Assembly (NCBI GenBank): GCA_002104905.1
Contig: MCFE01000285.1
Location: 1-64,000 of the forward strand
Length of the DNA stretch: 64,000 nt
From: Basidiobolus meristosporus CBS 931.73
Lineage: Eukaryota > Fungi > Basidiobolomycota
Direction of reading: 5' to 3'
This document shows positions 11,305 to 24,256 of the stretch, in pieces. The first letter of the stretch is position 1. The number at the start of each line of letters is the position of its first letter. The translations under genes were made by a program, and so were the position numbers. The notes beneath the pieces were generated by a model. The model saw only the letters and a list, made by a program, of their open reading frames with translations. It ran no database searches and was not told the origin of the DNA.

Positions 11305-12660
11305 TGATATTTGTGTGTGTCCCAAGCATGATATCAATTTGAATGCCTATGATATATTGGTGAGAGAAGTCTAGGCTTTCAGACAGACCTAAGCTCAATT
11401 GATTTATTGGACTTTTGAGCAAGTTATGTTTTGTCTCCCTAAGAAAATAAACTGAGAAAAGGCCAGTAAAACACCATCATAGTATTGGCTGAATTCCAAA
11501 TTTCTCAAAACTGACAACTCTCAATATCTCTGTTCTGAGCAGATGGGAAGGGAAGCAAACAAGTTCTCCAGGAGGAGACTAGGCAAACTAGCATCCATAC
11601 CAAATTTGGTAATTAGCTGCCCATTACTTCTATCAAAAATTGCATTTGAAATTTTGAGCCCAAAACACCAGCTGAATACCAGCAAAATATCATCAGATTA
11701 CCAGCAGATTAGCAGCTAAAAATCAGATGAATTCCAAGTTTGAGATTTTGATAGGGTCTCCTCTGCAGTAGCTACTGGTTTACAGTCTTGTATTTAGTAC
11801 CTTGTAAATATATCTGGCATATACTTGGGCTGGCTTAGAGTAGTACTCTTGGCACTTCTGTTTATGGAGAGCCTTATCTCTAAGTAGGAACTGAGTTCTA
11901 CTAGATCTCACATTTGCAAATTAGGTAAATTGGATTCAGTCACTTCTAATTTCTCTCCATTATAGATGGCTTTAATAAGTTCAACCACATAGAGAGCTAA
12001 CAACACTGGGCTTTCTCTATCTGACTTACAGCTAATACTAAGATCAGCAGTACTCCTTTGAAAACTTAGAGATTCCAAATAGAAATCTATCTTACTGTTC
12101 CAGGCTCTTGGTAACTGTTGAAGACTGTTCAGATTTCTTTAGTCTTGCAGCTAAAGGAGGATTATCTTGGTCAGCAAACCCATTGGACTGGGGCATGTGC
12201 ATATACATATCAGGTTCACCACTCAAAAATGCAGTGTTCAAATCCATTCAAGAAATACAAAACTTTCATTTGGCTGCAACAGCCAACATGAGTCTGATGG
12301 ATTACACCTGGCCAATAGTGCATAGGTTTCAGTGCAGTCTAGTCTTTGAGTTTGCAAGCATCCTTTGGCCACAGGTCTTTCCTTATATTATTCCATTTCA
12401 CCATCAGCCTCATGTCCTATCTTGTAGACCTATTTGCATCAAATTAATATTAGCTCATCAGTAATCTGACTTAGTCTCAAGTTTGATTTCCCATCCAGCC
12501 CTCTTACCCATCAGCCATTGCTGAGCTCCAAAATTTGGGCTGATGGCTGTTTGGAGCCTCTTTTACAGTCTGGGCATCATCTATATAGACTAAATAGGCA
12601 AAGGGTAAGTTTGTATCCTTATTGCAATGGTAATTTGGGCTATTTCTAGTCCTGATGGTT
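11305..12660 (-). pseudogene. Copia family A RT fragment, heavily decayed
   Basis: Colinear with 54960-55990; interrupted by the 320-bp TIR element. Confidence 0.8.
11437..11756. mobile_element. 320-bp non-autonomous CMC/CACTA-type TIR element (CCCTA...TAGGG), 3-bp TSD TCT
   Basis: Ends CCCTAAGAAAAT and ATTTTGATAGGG; TCT at 11434-11436 and 11757-11759; removal restores the host TTGTCTCC of Copia RT. Confidence 0.7.
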
Positions 12661-12817
12661 CTTCTGCCTTATCATACAGTGGTAATCACTTCTGGAGGAT
12701 TATATCCAGATCAGCCACTAGAGTCCCATGATGCTGTTGTCTTGATGTCCATGGCTAGAAATTGCTTGTTGTCAATGCTTTGATGATATTGAAAGTGAGT
12801 GAGAAAGCAGGAATATT

Positions 12818-13015
12818 AGACTTGTTCCATAGCACCGTGCCAGAGTGTGTGGAGCAGTCTGCAGTCTCTAAGAGCAATTGTGCATGATAATACCACTGAC
12901 TTGGGCCACTGGCTCTATCTGGCACTATAAGTGCTTTGTAAAGGTTTTATTTTAGGGCTAAAGTTTGATTATAGTGCCAGATAGTACCAGTGGATCAAGA
13001 TAGTGCCATGCATTT
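12818..13015. mobile_element. Partial copy of MITE-like family J (one TIR AGACTTGTTCCAT; internal 25-bp inverted repeat)
   Basis: Same TIR and TAGTGCCA/TGGCACTA motifs as 36556-36766; CCACTGG(C/T)(T/A)CTATCTGGCACTATAA inverted pair at ~12907-12931 / ~12969-12993. Confidence 0.6.
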
Positions 13016-14009
13016 TTGAGACATGTTACAAGCCACAGGAGCTAGATTCTGAGTGCTAGGGGTATTGAGTGCCAGATGCATGTCTTCAATCCTTTTGTTC
13101 ACTTACATATCCTGCACAACATTGACCTAAACAAAAGGTCAAGAATTTGATTTTTTCCAGTATAATGAGCAAAACACAGGGGCTGCTTTGCATAAAGATG
13201 AACAGCTATGTTTCACACTCTGTGGCCAAGTACAGGCTTACTTGGCCTCCCTGGCACATTATGGCATCAATTGGCACTCATGGCTTAATGTAGCACTATC
13301 CAACAGAACAATTCTAATATATATGCAGGGTGTATACTTACAGGGGTTCTGTCTCAAATGTGAAATGACCTTGCTCTACTTATATCAAATATTCTGTAAT
13401 CCTTGGGTTGCTATGGTTTGATTTATATTGCAAAGAGAATATTTCTGCTGTTTGGATTGTGACAAATATTAGTAATTCAGGACAGTTTTACCATTGCCTC
13501 CTAGATTTTTTCTCACAGATAGTACTACTGAAATACATAGTAGTTGTAGTGCATCAACATTTGAAAACTTGGCTGGTTAGCTGCATGAGAAAATCAAGTA
13601 CACTAACTGATTCTCCCTAAACCAAACATAACTAATCCCAGTTATGATTTATTTTATCCTACCTTGAGATCTACTTTTAGCTGTCATACCTGCTCAGTTT
13701 CATGTGGTCATTATATCCTCAACTGCTCTCCTAAGGCTTTCTAACTGATTAGTCATCTGAGATATATTCAATCACTTAGCAGCTGCCAAGACATCAGCTG
13801 ATTGATGATGCAATTTTCATATTTCTTATGCACCTATCAACATCCAAACTGATCTCAATTAGTCCAGTCTCTTGGTGCATACTAATTGAACTTGATCAGA
13901 AAAGTATAAATAGAGCTTACTGAGCCATTTGGTTAATTGTGTTTTCAACAAAATGAAGATTTTGTCTCAGCAAAAATCATAATTTGACAATTTTGTTCTA
14001 CTTTCTACC

Positions 14010-14210
14010 CAATCCTAGCATGTCTAGCATTCCCAAGAACACCAAGCCTAGCCTGCATAGACAACCAACTCTATTGCCTGCATAGCCAAGCCTAGCTATA
14101 TACAGGACCAATATTAGACTAGAATCTCTCTGCTAATATATTACCTCTCTCTGACAAATCTAAGATTCTGCACTCAGTTGTCCCTTAGGTTTAGTTAAAC
14201 TATTCATGAG
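14010..14210. repeat. Unclassified dispersed repeat, inverted homolog at ~53800-54010
   Basis: CCAAGCCTAGCCTGCATAG core and flanks align with the reverse complement of 53800-54010. Confidence 0.65.
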
Positions 14211-15169
14211 CTTTATTACACTTTTCTCTTGGATACAACAGTGATGATTCATTTTGCATACCTAAACTACTTCCTTGTTTACTGTTATCTTAGCTACTTG
14301 TGCACCTGTATTCAGTGCTTTGCATCCTGGTGAGGGTAGTTCTGTAGCTTGGCTACACTGAATTGCACCAGATGATGTTACAAAGCCAGCCTGGAGTACT
14401 GTGCACTGCCACCTTCTTTTACTTGCCAAAGGCTCCTGAGGCTGAGGTACCTCCATTGGGCTCTCATCAGTCAGTTGACAAGCAGCAACTTGCAGATTGT
14501 TAGAAGTAAAAGCAAATGCTGGTTCAGTATGATGCATTGGCATGGCCCTTGCCTGAGTTCAATATGACACTTCACATGAATGCAATGTTGCCTGCTCTAA
14601 TAGATTTGTGTCTGATTGAGCAGCTTGGTAGGTTCTTCAAGTATTGCTCTGAACTGCATACATTGGCTTGAGACACAGTACTCTTATGGAGGAGATTGAT
14701 GTAGGTTGGATTGACACTCACTAGTGTGTTAGTATTGCAATGAATGGTAAGGATTCCAATGAACATGCAGGTGCAACCTTGATGCAGTTGTTTGCAGTCT
14801 GTATTCTTCCTCTTGAAGCTCACCTTCTGATTCCTTAAGGCATTCACCTACCTTTATTCTGATACTTTGGAGATGTTTCCTTGACAAGTGCTGTGTATAT
14901 TGCTCTTAGAATCTACCTAACTCTGCTGATAAACCATACAGTACATTGGTAGTTTGAGGTAATAACTTGCTCAAAATCTCCTTAGTTTGCAAAGTTTAGG
15001 CAAAAGCAGATGTGTATGTTCCATACTGAGCAAGTTGCATGTGGAATTGTTTGCATGCAGCCTCCACATCAAAGCCCCTCTCTCTTTGCTCATTATATAC
15101 TACAATACTTGTCTTGTTATATATCTTCTAATGTACATCTGCTGACATCTTGCTGAAGAACCTTTTAAA

Positions 15170-18100
15170 GTATTGAAGTGATAGATTTGAATTGAATTGG
15201 AGAATTAGAAGATATACACAATATACACTGGGTGATTTATTGAGTTGCAACACAGTATTTATACTTATTCAAAACTACATGTACGTAATTACTTGTTCAT
15301 CACTAGGGGAGTCTCAGGAGTAAATGTGCCAAGTTTCTGCTCATTTGGACAAGTTGCAGATTTTCATAAGATTCTATACTTCAATAACTTCTAATAATTA
15401 ACCAATATCTTACAAACTAGTTTCTAAGTTAATATTCCAAAACATGTCACTTAACTAAGTGCTAGATTATACTATATTGAGAATTAGGTGGACTCCTAAT
15501 TATTTCAACACTTCCACTTACAGAATATTCATATACTTATGAACTTGCTGTGGTGATGTGTATCTTTTGGTTTAAACTAAGCCTGCAAATAACCATCTAA
15601 CCTATTGGACTAATATATTCTATAGTATATGTTAGGGATTGGATGTTATCAGTAATAATTAAGTATAAGCCTATAGTGTTAATTACATACCTCAGATCAA
15701 ATTACTTTGAGTCTGAATTCTGATTTCATCACAAAATATTTATGGATGAGTATCATCCACTTGTTTAGAGTAAAACTGCTCAGATACTGATTATATCTGG
15801 TCATACTGCCTACCATTAGGTAGCTGTGCTGTCAGGCTTTCTTCTGCCTTTTATTTCAGCATAACTGGTCTATAACTGGCAAAGTTATGATGGAGTTTTA
15901 TTCCAATAGATCTGGATAATCCACAGTTCTGGAATATAGTCAAATTCACCTTAACTATTCTCCATATATCAAATAACTGGATCTGGATATTAGCTTTCCT
16001 GGTATATTCTGTATATTATCTGCTTGAACCAATAACTGGTCATCATTGTGCTAGCCTTTATTGTCACAGGTTGAACCAATATTTCCTCTTCCTGACTTGT
16101 GCTTTAAATGATAGTTGGACTAGGTTTCTTCATCCCTGATCTGGGATATTGTACTCCCACTGAAGGTACCTCTTCTTGTGCATGCTGCCTTCTTGAATTG
16201 ACTTAGATAGATCATATATATTCTTCTGATACAGGCATAACTTTCTTGGACTGAAATTTCTGTTATGTAGTCATATCTTTCATTTGCATCTTGATAGGCT
16301 TTATTAGGTATCACAGAGTACCACAGCCTAACTAGTAGCTGTTTGTAGGAGCTTCATACTAAGCAGGATTGATATACTCTCATATATACCATTACACTCA
16401 AACTGTTGTGGTGGAGTATAAGTCCATGGGAGAGATATATCCAACACTTCTCAAGTGTTTTGTGTGTGGGGTGTTCACTGGGTGCAATAACCTCTGGCAA
16501 AAGCTTGCTAGGAATACTTGGGTTCTGTTGCTAATCTAATGTGATGGGGAATAAAGCCACAAGCTTGTCAAAGGAAAACTATTCAGCTACAATCCCCAAC
16601 TTAGTTGGTGTCTTAGCAAAAGTATGTGCTGGGCTCAGCTTCCTCTGAGATGACAATGTACTAGAGCTCCCAAAGTCAAAACAACTGTAAACTCCACCAA
16701 CAGGGACTTGATAAGAATGCAGCTATGGCCAATAGCTACAAAGACAGAAGAGTATCTTTGCCTGTACAAGAACAAACTTGGGAAAGAATCAAATATAAAA
16801 AATGATAGCTACTCTGAGTATTCCTGTTGATTAGTGCCTCCAAGGTCAGTTGGCTGTTAGCATGGTTTCCTGGGAGTGTCCTGTGGTCTGGGGTTGGAAG
16901 TTCAGGCAGAAGCAGGTAGCAATGATCACACTAATCAACAAGTTGGTATATTGATAAGAGGGATAAAGATTTATTGTTGAGGGATTGCCTCCCTTATATA
17001 CTTTTCTCACTGGCTAAGTGATTACTAATCATGGTATTCCAGAAGGTTCTGGAAATCAATAGAAATCTTAATGATATCAGAATGAGCTAAGAGTATTCTA
17101 AGTAGGTGCTGGAAGGTATTAGGGGGAAAAGCACATCCAACCAATCAGAAATTAGTACTCTGAAACCTGTGTAACATAAGGATACCATATATGGTATAGA
17201 AATGGTATCATGTGTCACAGGTGCTGGCGAAGGTACTTGCCTAATATAGAAGCACTACAGCTAGTAGTCTTACATAGAGTGAGGGATAACTTATGCAATA
17301 GGTAAGCAAGTGTGATAATCAGCCAGCTTATGGGATAGTACAGATCAAGTAAGACAAAAGGGATAAAACTAAAATAAGTGTAGTAGAGAAATAGGGAAGT
17401 AGAAAATATAGGAATGTGCACATCTGTCAGTGGGTGTCACTGTGACCCCACTACACTGTTGGATAGTGCCACATTGACTTCCTTAAAAAGTCATTTTCAC
17501 AGCATCTTGATAGCAAGTATCACTTACTGCAGTGCAGCCTGTAGCTTGGAGCTGCAAGTAAATTGATCTGATCATAATAGCAAGATTAATATTGGATCAA
17601 TCTTCACATATTTGAGTGGCAATGACTAAGTGCCTAGTGATATAAGTACTAGTAAAGGTCTACTAGCGCACTCCTCAATTGTATCTCATATATTCTCCTC
17701 AGCATATATAGAGATTATATACATATACTATGGTCAGGATCTCCAGTAGCACTTTTCTTGATGACAGTAGAAATTCCATGTTCATATATTTATAGATACA
17801 TCTCCTCTCACTGTGTCTGATACACAATGTAGACATGAAGCTTGTCAAATAATTGCCTCACAGAGCATCATGATCATTGGTATTGCAAATAGTACAACTG
17901 TTATACAATATGTACTACTGCAAAGTTGGCAAGTCTGAGATCACTGTTCTTCCACCAAATATACCATTATTGTGTATCATTCTGATCCTCAGAACATGGG
18001 CAAGCTGATCCATGTATTGCTTGCATATTAAGCTCCAATTCAGAGTGACACACCTCAATAACTAAACATCATGGCTTTTTGTGTGACACTTGCAAAGTTG
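15170..18100 (-). mobile_element. Second, older copy of non-autonomous LTR family H (3' LTR ~15170-15510, PPT, internal region), interrupted by C2
   Basis: 15170-15510 is the reverse complement of the H LTR; 15511-16406 aligns to ~31960-32838 and 17456-18100 to ~30760-31330. Confidence 0.85.
16407..17455 (-). mobile_element. Family C2 solo-LTR-like element (1049 bp), 4-bp TSD CTGT
   Basis: TGTGGTGG...ACTACA ends, CTGT at 16403-16406 and 17456-17459; shares both ends and the TATA/AATAAA region with family C; the middle resembles the B leader. Confidence 0.8.
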
Positions 18101-18179
18101 CAATATACTTTGTATTGCTAATAACATATATATCTTGCAAATATATGCTTAGTTTCCACCTCTTAGGCCATGAAACCAC

Positions 18180-19337
18180 CTGAATATCTGTGATAATGGA
18201 AAGTATTCTATTACTATGTATCTCAGAAACTATATGACGCTAATTTCTATGATTTGCTTTTTGCTATTGTACCATGCAAGTGAAAGATTAAGATTTCCAA
18301 CTTTGATGGATAAATGCTCCAGACCCTGACAAGTAATGCACAGAAGAATATTATGTCATGCAAAACTCTCAGTAGCCAACACATCTTTCAAATTACTGCT
18401 CATTTGAAGCAGTACTTGAGGAGTTATGATCAAATGAGTCCAATTATCATATATACTAGGTCTCTATTGCTAGAAATACTATGCTGACTTTGATTGCATG
18501 AAACTTTTGAACCAGCTAATAAAAGCACATGATATTTTACAGGTGCTGCACCTATGCCCAATCTAGGCCACCACAAAAGTTTAGCTTCAAATCACATGTA
18601 TTGCTTGCACAATTGCCCAAAAATTTTGATCCTTCAGAGTTTTCATATATTTGACTTCCCCAGCTGAAAAACAAAGGTGAGCCACTCTTTCCAGAATCTC
18701 CACACTATGATTACAAGCTTAGATGTTATAAGACTTCCTCTGCATCACCTGCACTGTTGAGTATTCTGACTTTGCCAGGTACTACATCAGCAAAGATACT
18801 GCAAAGCTCACAAGAATCCAATCTAACTACTACAAGAAAACTACAACTTTTCTGTAGGAGAAGTCCCCTCTAAGAAGCCCCTTGACTCTAAAGACACCCC
18901 TTTAGTTCAGAGACCCCTTTAGAGACCCCTTTACTCTAAAGAAGCCCCTCTACTGTAAAGACACCCCTTTGGGTCTAAAGACCTCTTTAGATACTTCTAC
19001 AACACAACCCTTTAGGTTAAAGAGGAGTTCAGATTTTCCAAAGCAGGTAGTATTTTCTCAGAAAGGAAAGTGACTTCCAGATAAGGAAAAGTTACTATAA
19101 AAGTAAGTAAGCCCAATAGTTGACATAAGGTTGGAATGCTACTGTAGAAGTGAGAATCATTGCCCATGGTACATTTTGAGCCTAAGATTAAGGATATTAG
19201 TAAAAGTATATCTTCTATTGGTATATCAAACCCCCAATAAGTTATTTCAGTTTTAGCATACCGGAAGTTGTTGTGTATTGTTGATCAGCCTCTATATTGC
19301 AAAACAAGCCCCAAACTAATCATAATAAAACAGAACA
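18180..19337 (+). repeat. Family D LTR copy (5' ~90 bp missing)
   Basis: Colinear with 7360-8328, ends CAGAACA; carries ~270 bp absent from the first copy. Confidence 0.8.
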
Positions 19338-19399
19338 TATCCACAAAGAGCTTTTCAGTATTTAACCAATGAGCTTGTTTTATTGGATAGTGCCACATT

Positions 19400-20525
19400 T
19401 GATGCAGTACCTGTCCAAGTCAGAATACTCAACAGTACAAGTGATGCAGAGGAAGTCTTATAACATCTAAGCTTGTAATCATAGTGTGGAGATTCTGGAA
19501 AGAGAGGCTCACCTTTGTTTTTCAGCTGGGGAAGTCATACATATGAAAATTCTGAAGGATCAAAGCTTTTGGGCAATTGCGCATTCAATACACGTGATAC
19601 AAAGCTAAGATATTTTGGTGGCACAGATTGAACATAGGTGCAGAACCTGTAAAATATCACATGATTTTATTGGCTGGTTCAAAAGTTTTATGTGATCAAA
19701 GTCAGCATAGTATTTCTAGCAATAGAGGCCTTGTTATGAATAGACACAAGGCAGGAGAGTAGGGCTAGGTAAGGCAGGACCAGCAAAGGACTTAGGTGTG
19801 GATCAAGAAGGCAAGGCAGATTTCCAAGGCAAGGCTGTTTATTCAAGACCTGTGTTTATTGGACTGAGGAATACATAAGGGGGGATAGGACTATATATAT
19901 TTTTTGGCAATATGGATGCCAAGAGATATTGGCTAATACTGATGGGGTTCTGGGGTGAGGCACAGTAAGTCTGACAAGATAGAATATACTAAAGAACAGA
20001 CTGGAATATCACATGGAGATATGTCAGTGGTCACCAAATCATGTGACTAGGTCATGTGACAAGTAGTTACCATATATGGCATGTGACTGCATAAACTCTA
20101 ATGGGAAGCTTCCGTAGAATGTTCTGTTGTGTAACATAGACTTGGAGCTTTCAAGAAGTTGCCAGAATGTAGTAGAACTTTCTAGAAGGAACTGGGATTT
20201 CTTCATTGACTTGATTTGGCCAGATAATTGGAGACCAGGGATGTCATGCAATCATGATAGGCTTAGTATATATGATAATTGGACTCTTTTGATCATAACT
20301 TGTTAAGTACTGCTCAAATCATCTGTAACTTGAAGCATGTGTTGACTACTGAGTGTTCTGCATGACATAATATTCTTTGGTGGATTCCTTTGCAGGGTCT
20401 GGAGCATTTATCCATCAAAGTTGGAAACTCTTGATCTTTCCCTTGTGTGTTACAATAGCAAAAAGTAAAATAAAGAAATGAGTGCAATATTGGTTTTGAG
20501 ATATGTAGTAATGGAATACTTTTAA
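19400..20525 (-). repeat. Inverted partial D LTR containing a B solo LTR
   Basis: Reverse complement of ~18190-18790 once 19732-20259 is removed. Confidence 0.8.
19732..20259 (-). mobile_element. Family B solo LTR (528 bp), TSD GGCCT/GGCTT
   Basis: TGTTATGAATAG...ATCATGATA, homologous to 41195-41715; 5-bp TSD with one C>T change. Confidence 0.85.
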
Positions 20526-20539
20526 TTACAACACTGCTC

Positions 20540-20945
20540 TTGAAAATACAGATGTTGTGGTGTTGGTAATTCTTCTTAGCTATTGTGAGATTCAGCCTTT
20601 ACTAGGCTGATGGCAATAGTTGGTGATATTCAGAAGTATTAATGGCAAAAGTGGTAGCAGCAAAGCTTATGTTTTCAAGACATATATATTACCAGAAATA
20701 CAAGGTATATGGCAGCTTTGCAGGTATCACACTAAAAAGCCATAAAGTTGAGGTTATTGAGGTGTGTCAATTGAGGCAGGTGTGCATGCATGTAGAGGTT
20801 AGAAAGTAGGAGGCCATAGTTATTTTTGATCCAAACTATATGTGCAAAACCCACAGTAGTAGTGACTAAGCAAATAGAGAGGGGTGATTCTACATTGGAA
20901 TATATGAACAATGCAAGGGGAAGTAGAAAAAAAAGATACCATTTT
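20540..20945 (+). mobile_element. Deleted fragment of DNA transposon family E (ORF2 tail joined to transposase C-terminal part)
   Basis: TTGGTAATTCTTCTTAGCTAT is shared with 51619-51639; 20610-20945 is the reverse complement of ~38330-38660. Confidence 0.7.
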
Positions 20946-21982
20946 ACTGACAGATGTGCCCATTCCCATATTTCTTACTTTGCTTTATCTCTACTACCCT
21001 TATTTTAGTTTAATCCTATTTGTTGTTTCCAATCAATAGTATCCTATAAGCTGGCTAACCATAGTACCTGCCTCTTTACTGTATAAATTATCCCTCACTA
21101 TATTTAAGGCTACTAGATGTAGGTATTTGAATATTAGGCAAGTACACACACCAGGACCTGTGACTCATTATCAAGCTGTGTAGCTATCTCAATCACCTTC
21201 ATTCCTCATGCGGTGTCCCTATGTTGAACAGGCCTCAGAATGCTGATCCCTAATTGGTTGGATTTGCTGTGCCTCTTAGAACCTTCTGGCTGTTACTCAA
21301 AGGATTCTGTGATCATTCTGATGTCATTAAGGTCTCTCTTGATCTCCCAAACCTTCTGAAACAACATGAATAGTAATCCCTAAGCCAGTGAGAAAAGTAT
21401 TAAAAGGAGTCAATCCCTCAGCAATAAATCATCATCCCATTTATCAAGATGCTACCTTGTTGATTAGTGTAATCACTGCTACCTGCTGCTACCTGAACTT
21501 CCAACCCCAGACCACATGACACTTGCAGGCAACTATGCTAAAAGCTAACTGACCTTGGAGACAGTATTTGTGAAGGAAACTCAGAGTAGATATCTTTTAT
21601 TATATTGATTCTTTCTCAAGTTTGGTCTTGTACAGGCAAAGGTACTTTTCTCACTTTATAACTATTGACCACAGCTTCATTCTTATCAAGTCCCTGCTGG
21701 TGAAGTTTATAGTTGCTTTGACTATGGATGTTATTGTCATCTCAAGGGATGTTCAGCATTGCACATACTTTCATTACAATGCCAACTTAGTTGGGGATTG
21801 TAGCTTAATTGTTTTCCCTTTACAAGTTTGTGGCTTTATTCTCCCTCACATAAGAATGGAGACAGAACTTAAGTAATCCTAGAAAGTTTTTGCCAGAGGT
21901 TATTGCCCCAGTGAGCACATCACACACAAAACACTTGAGTGGTGTTAACCATATATCTCTCTTGGACTTATACACCATGACA
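20945..21982 (+). mobile_element. Family C2 element, opposite orientation, one end truncated
   Basis: Reverse-complement homolog of 16407-17430; ends CACCATGACA; no TSD recoverable. Confidence 0.8.
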
Positions 21983-22379
21983 CTACTTTAATGCCAGCAG
22001 AGGTTTGCAATAAGGCTGTCTGTACTCTGTCAAGTGTCTGGCTCTATAAGACAATTGGATGTTTTGGCAAGCTAGGTCTGCTTGAATAAATGAAGAGTAC
22101 ACCAAGACTGTTGGAATGCCATATAATACTTGTCAAAAGACTGACTAAGCAATGTCAAGTTTTCTACTATATTTGGCAATATAATCAACACAGTGCCATC
22201 ACAATCCTGTCATAAGATTGTGTAGAGGGTCAGTATTTCCAAGCTGCCAGCATTATGATGGATGTATTGCTGACTGCTGATGACTGATCCAGATGTGATC
22301 CACCTGCAGGATCAAATTACTATTTATGAGAGGTAGAAATGACTTTGAAGGGCCACTTCAATATATGCATGTCCTGTTC

Positions 22380-22750
22380 AGCTAGTCCTTGCACTTGCAT
22401 AGTCACATATGCATATGAATTTTGACAGAAGCCTGTGAGGGGCACCATTGGTTGTGGATACTATGCAATAAATTGCCAATTCTTTCAGACTTCCCTGGTA
22501 TCTCAAACGGTTGATATAGACTGAAATGCCCCACATTCAGCTTGGCCATTAGTATAGAGATATTTGTGATAAGCAAATGCATTGCTCTCAGTGGGAAGCT
22601 TTTGCTCCAGTAGATACCCACTATTTTAAGTTTTTAGTGTCCATTTAATCCCATATTCTGGCCAATGACTTGTAGCTTTACAGCTTTGTTACAATTGCAT
22701 GCTGACTTCTGTACACTCACCTGTGGGAAGATGATATTCTTGATATCAAT
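22380..22750 (-). pseudogene. Gypsy family G integrase fragment
   Basis: Aligns with ~35990-36230. Confidence 0.65.
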
Positions 22751-22787
22751 GTTTGGAAAATATAAAATGTGTGAGTTATGAAGTAGT

Positions 22788-24256
22788 TGTTGTAAGAGTC
22801 TTGGAGATATTGGAAGTGATTGGGAGAATGTGCAGATTATGTGGTTTTTGACTTAGTGGTTCATTGAATGTAAATGTAATATTTATACTAGTACATAGTA
22901 TCAGTATAACAGATGTGTAGAATAGGTTTAGGATGGTCCCAAGAGCATGTGTGCAAAGCTTGGTGCTATTTGAGCAACTTTGAGAACTTCCATGTTCTGG
23001 GTATCTGATATTTTGGTAAAATATTAAGTAAATCCCAATAAGGAGTTTGGTCGGTTATTCTCTAAGATATGTAAGTCATATCCTAAGTTACCAAGTTAGG
23101 TAAATATACAGGTGGAATTACAGGTCTTACAACACTTCTATGAAACTAAATTCTTATACTGACTAGTCCAAATTTTGACCTAATATATTCAAATTTGTTG
23201 CTAGCTTATGGTTTGGTTAATATGTCAACAATCATCTCATCTGTAGGGAGTAAGCTAAGTCAACCAAGACTTTTTCTATAGGTTTACATATGAAATAATG
23301 TCTAATATCTATGTGCCTAGTTCTAAAGTGAAAAGTTGGACTTCCACCTAATTGTATACCTCTGTGATTATCTTGAAACAAAGTAATAGGCATTTTTTGA
23401 CACAGACCTATATCTGTAAAAAGCTTTCTTAACCACATCACTTCTCTTGTAGCTTTGCAGGCTGCTATATACAGCAATATGATTGGATCAATAGTTCTGA
23501 TTATGCTGGCTGACAACTCTCACTGAAGTTGAAATATCTGGATATGTTCCACCCTTGATATTCCATAGACTGCCAACCATGAGCTGATATGGAGAGTCTG
23601 GGCTTTTGGATGACTCCAAGTTCTTTTGATATGGCTGAATTTTGACCAAGTTGAGATTTGTCTCCATTGGGGTGTCTGCCAGTTTAGAGTTTTTTTGTTC
23701 AAGACTTCTTCAGTATATCTTTAATACAACTGGACTGGCTCAGGGTAATAGTCATGGTACTCTGTGTATGGCTAACTTTGTCTTTAAGTGGTAAATGAGT
23801 TCTCCTAGTTTGGACATATCAAGCTCTTTGGGTAGGCTGGATTCAGTCTGTTCCAGTGTTTGTAGATTAATGATAGCTATAATAAGATCATCCACCTATA
23901 GAGCTAATAGAATTAAGATTGCTCTATCTGACTTAAAGTATATATTAGTGTTAGCATTACTACTTTTGAACCCCAAATACTCCAAATAGGAAAATATCCT
24001 GCAGCTCCAGGCTCTTGGTGACACTCTAAGTCCATATAGAGACTTTTAAGCTTGCAGACCAAATGGGGGTTATCTGGGTCAGCAAACTCATCCTGCTGGT
24101 TGGTATGCACATCCTCATCAAGTTTTCTGGTCAGATATGTAAATATATCTGTTTCACATAAAAAACTTATATTTGGTTGCAAAAGCCAATGCTAATCTGA
24201 TGGATTTAAGCTTTGCAGCTGGTTCAAGGGTCTCAGTATAGTCAGGTCCTCTTCTC
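22788..24256 (-). mobile_element. Copia A 3' fragment (3' LTR 22788-23134 plus deleted RT/RNase H)
   Basis: Reverse-complement A LTR followed by RH/RT remnants (ORFs 23232-23516, 23913-24182). Confidence 0.85.
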
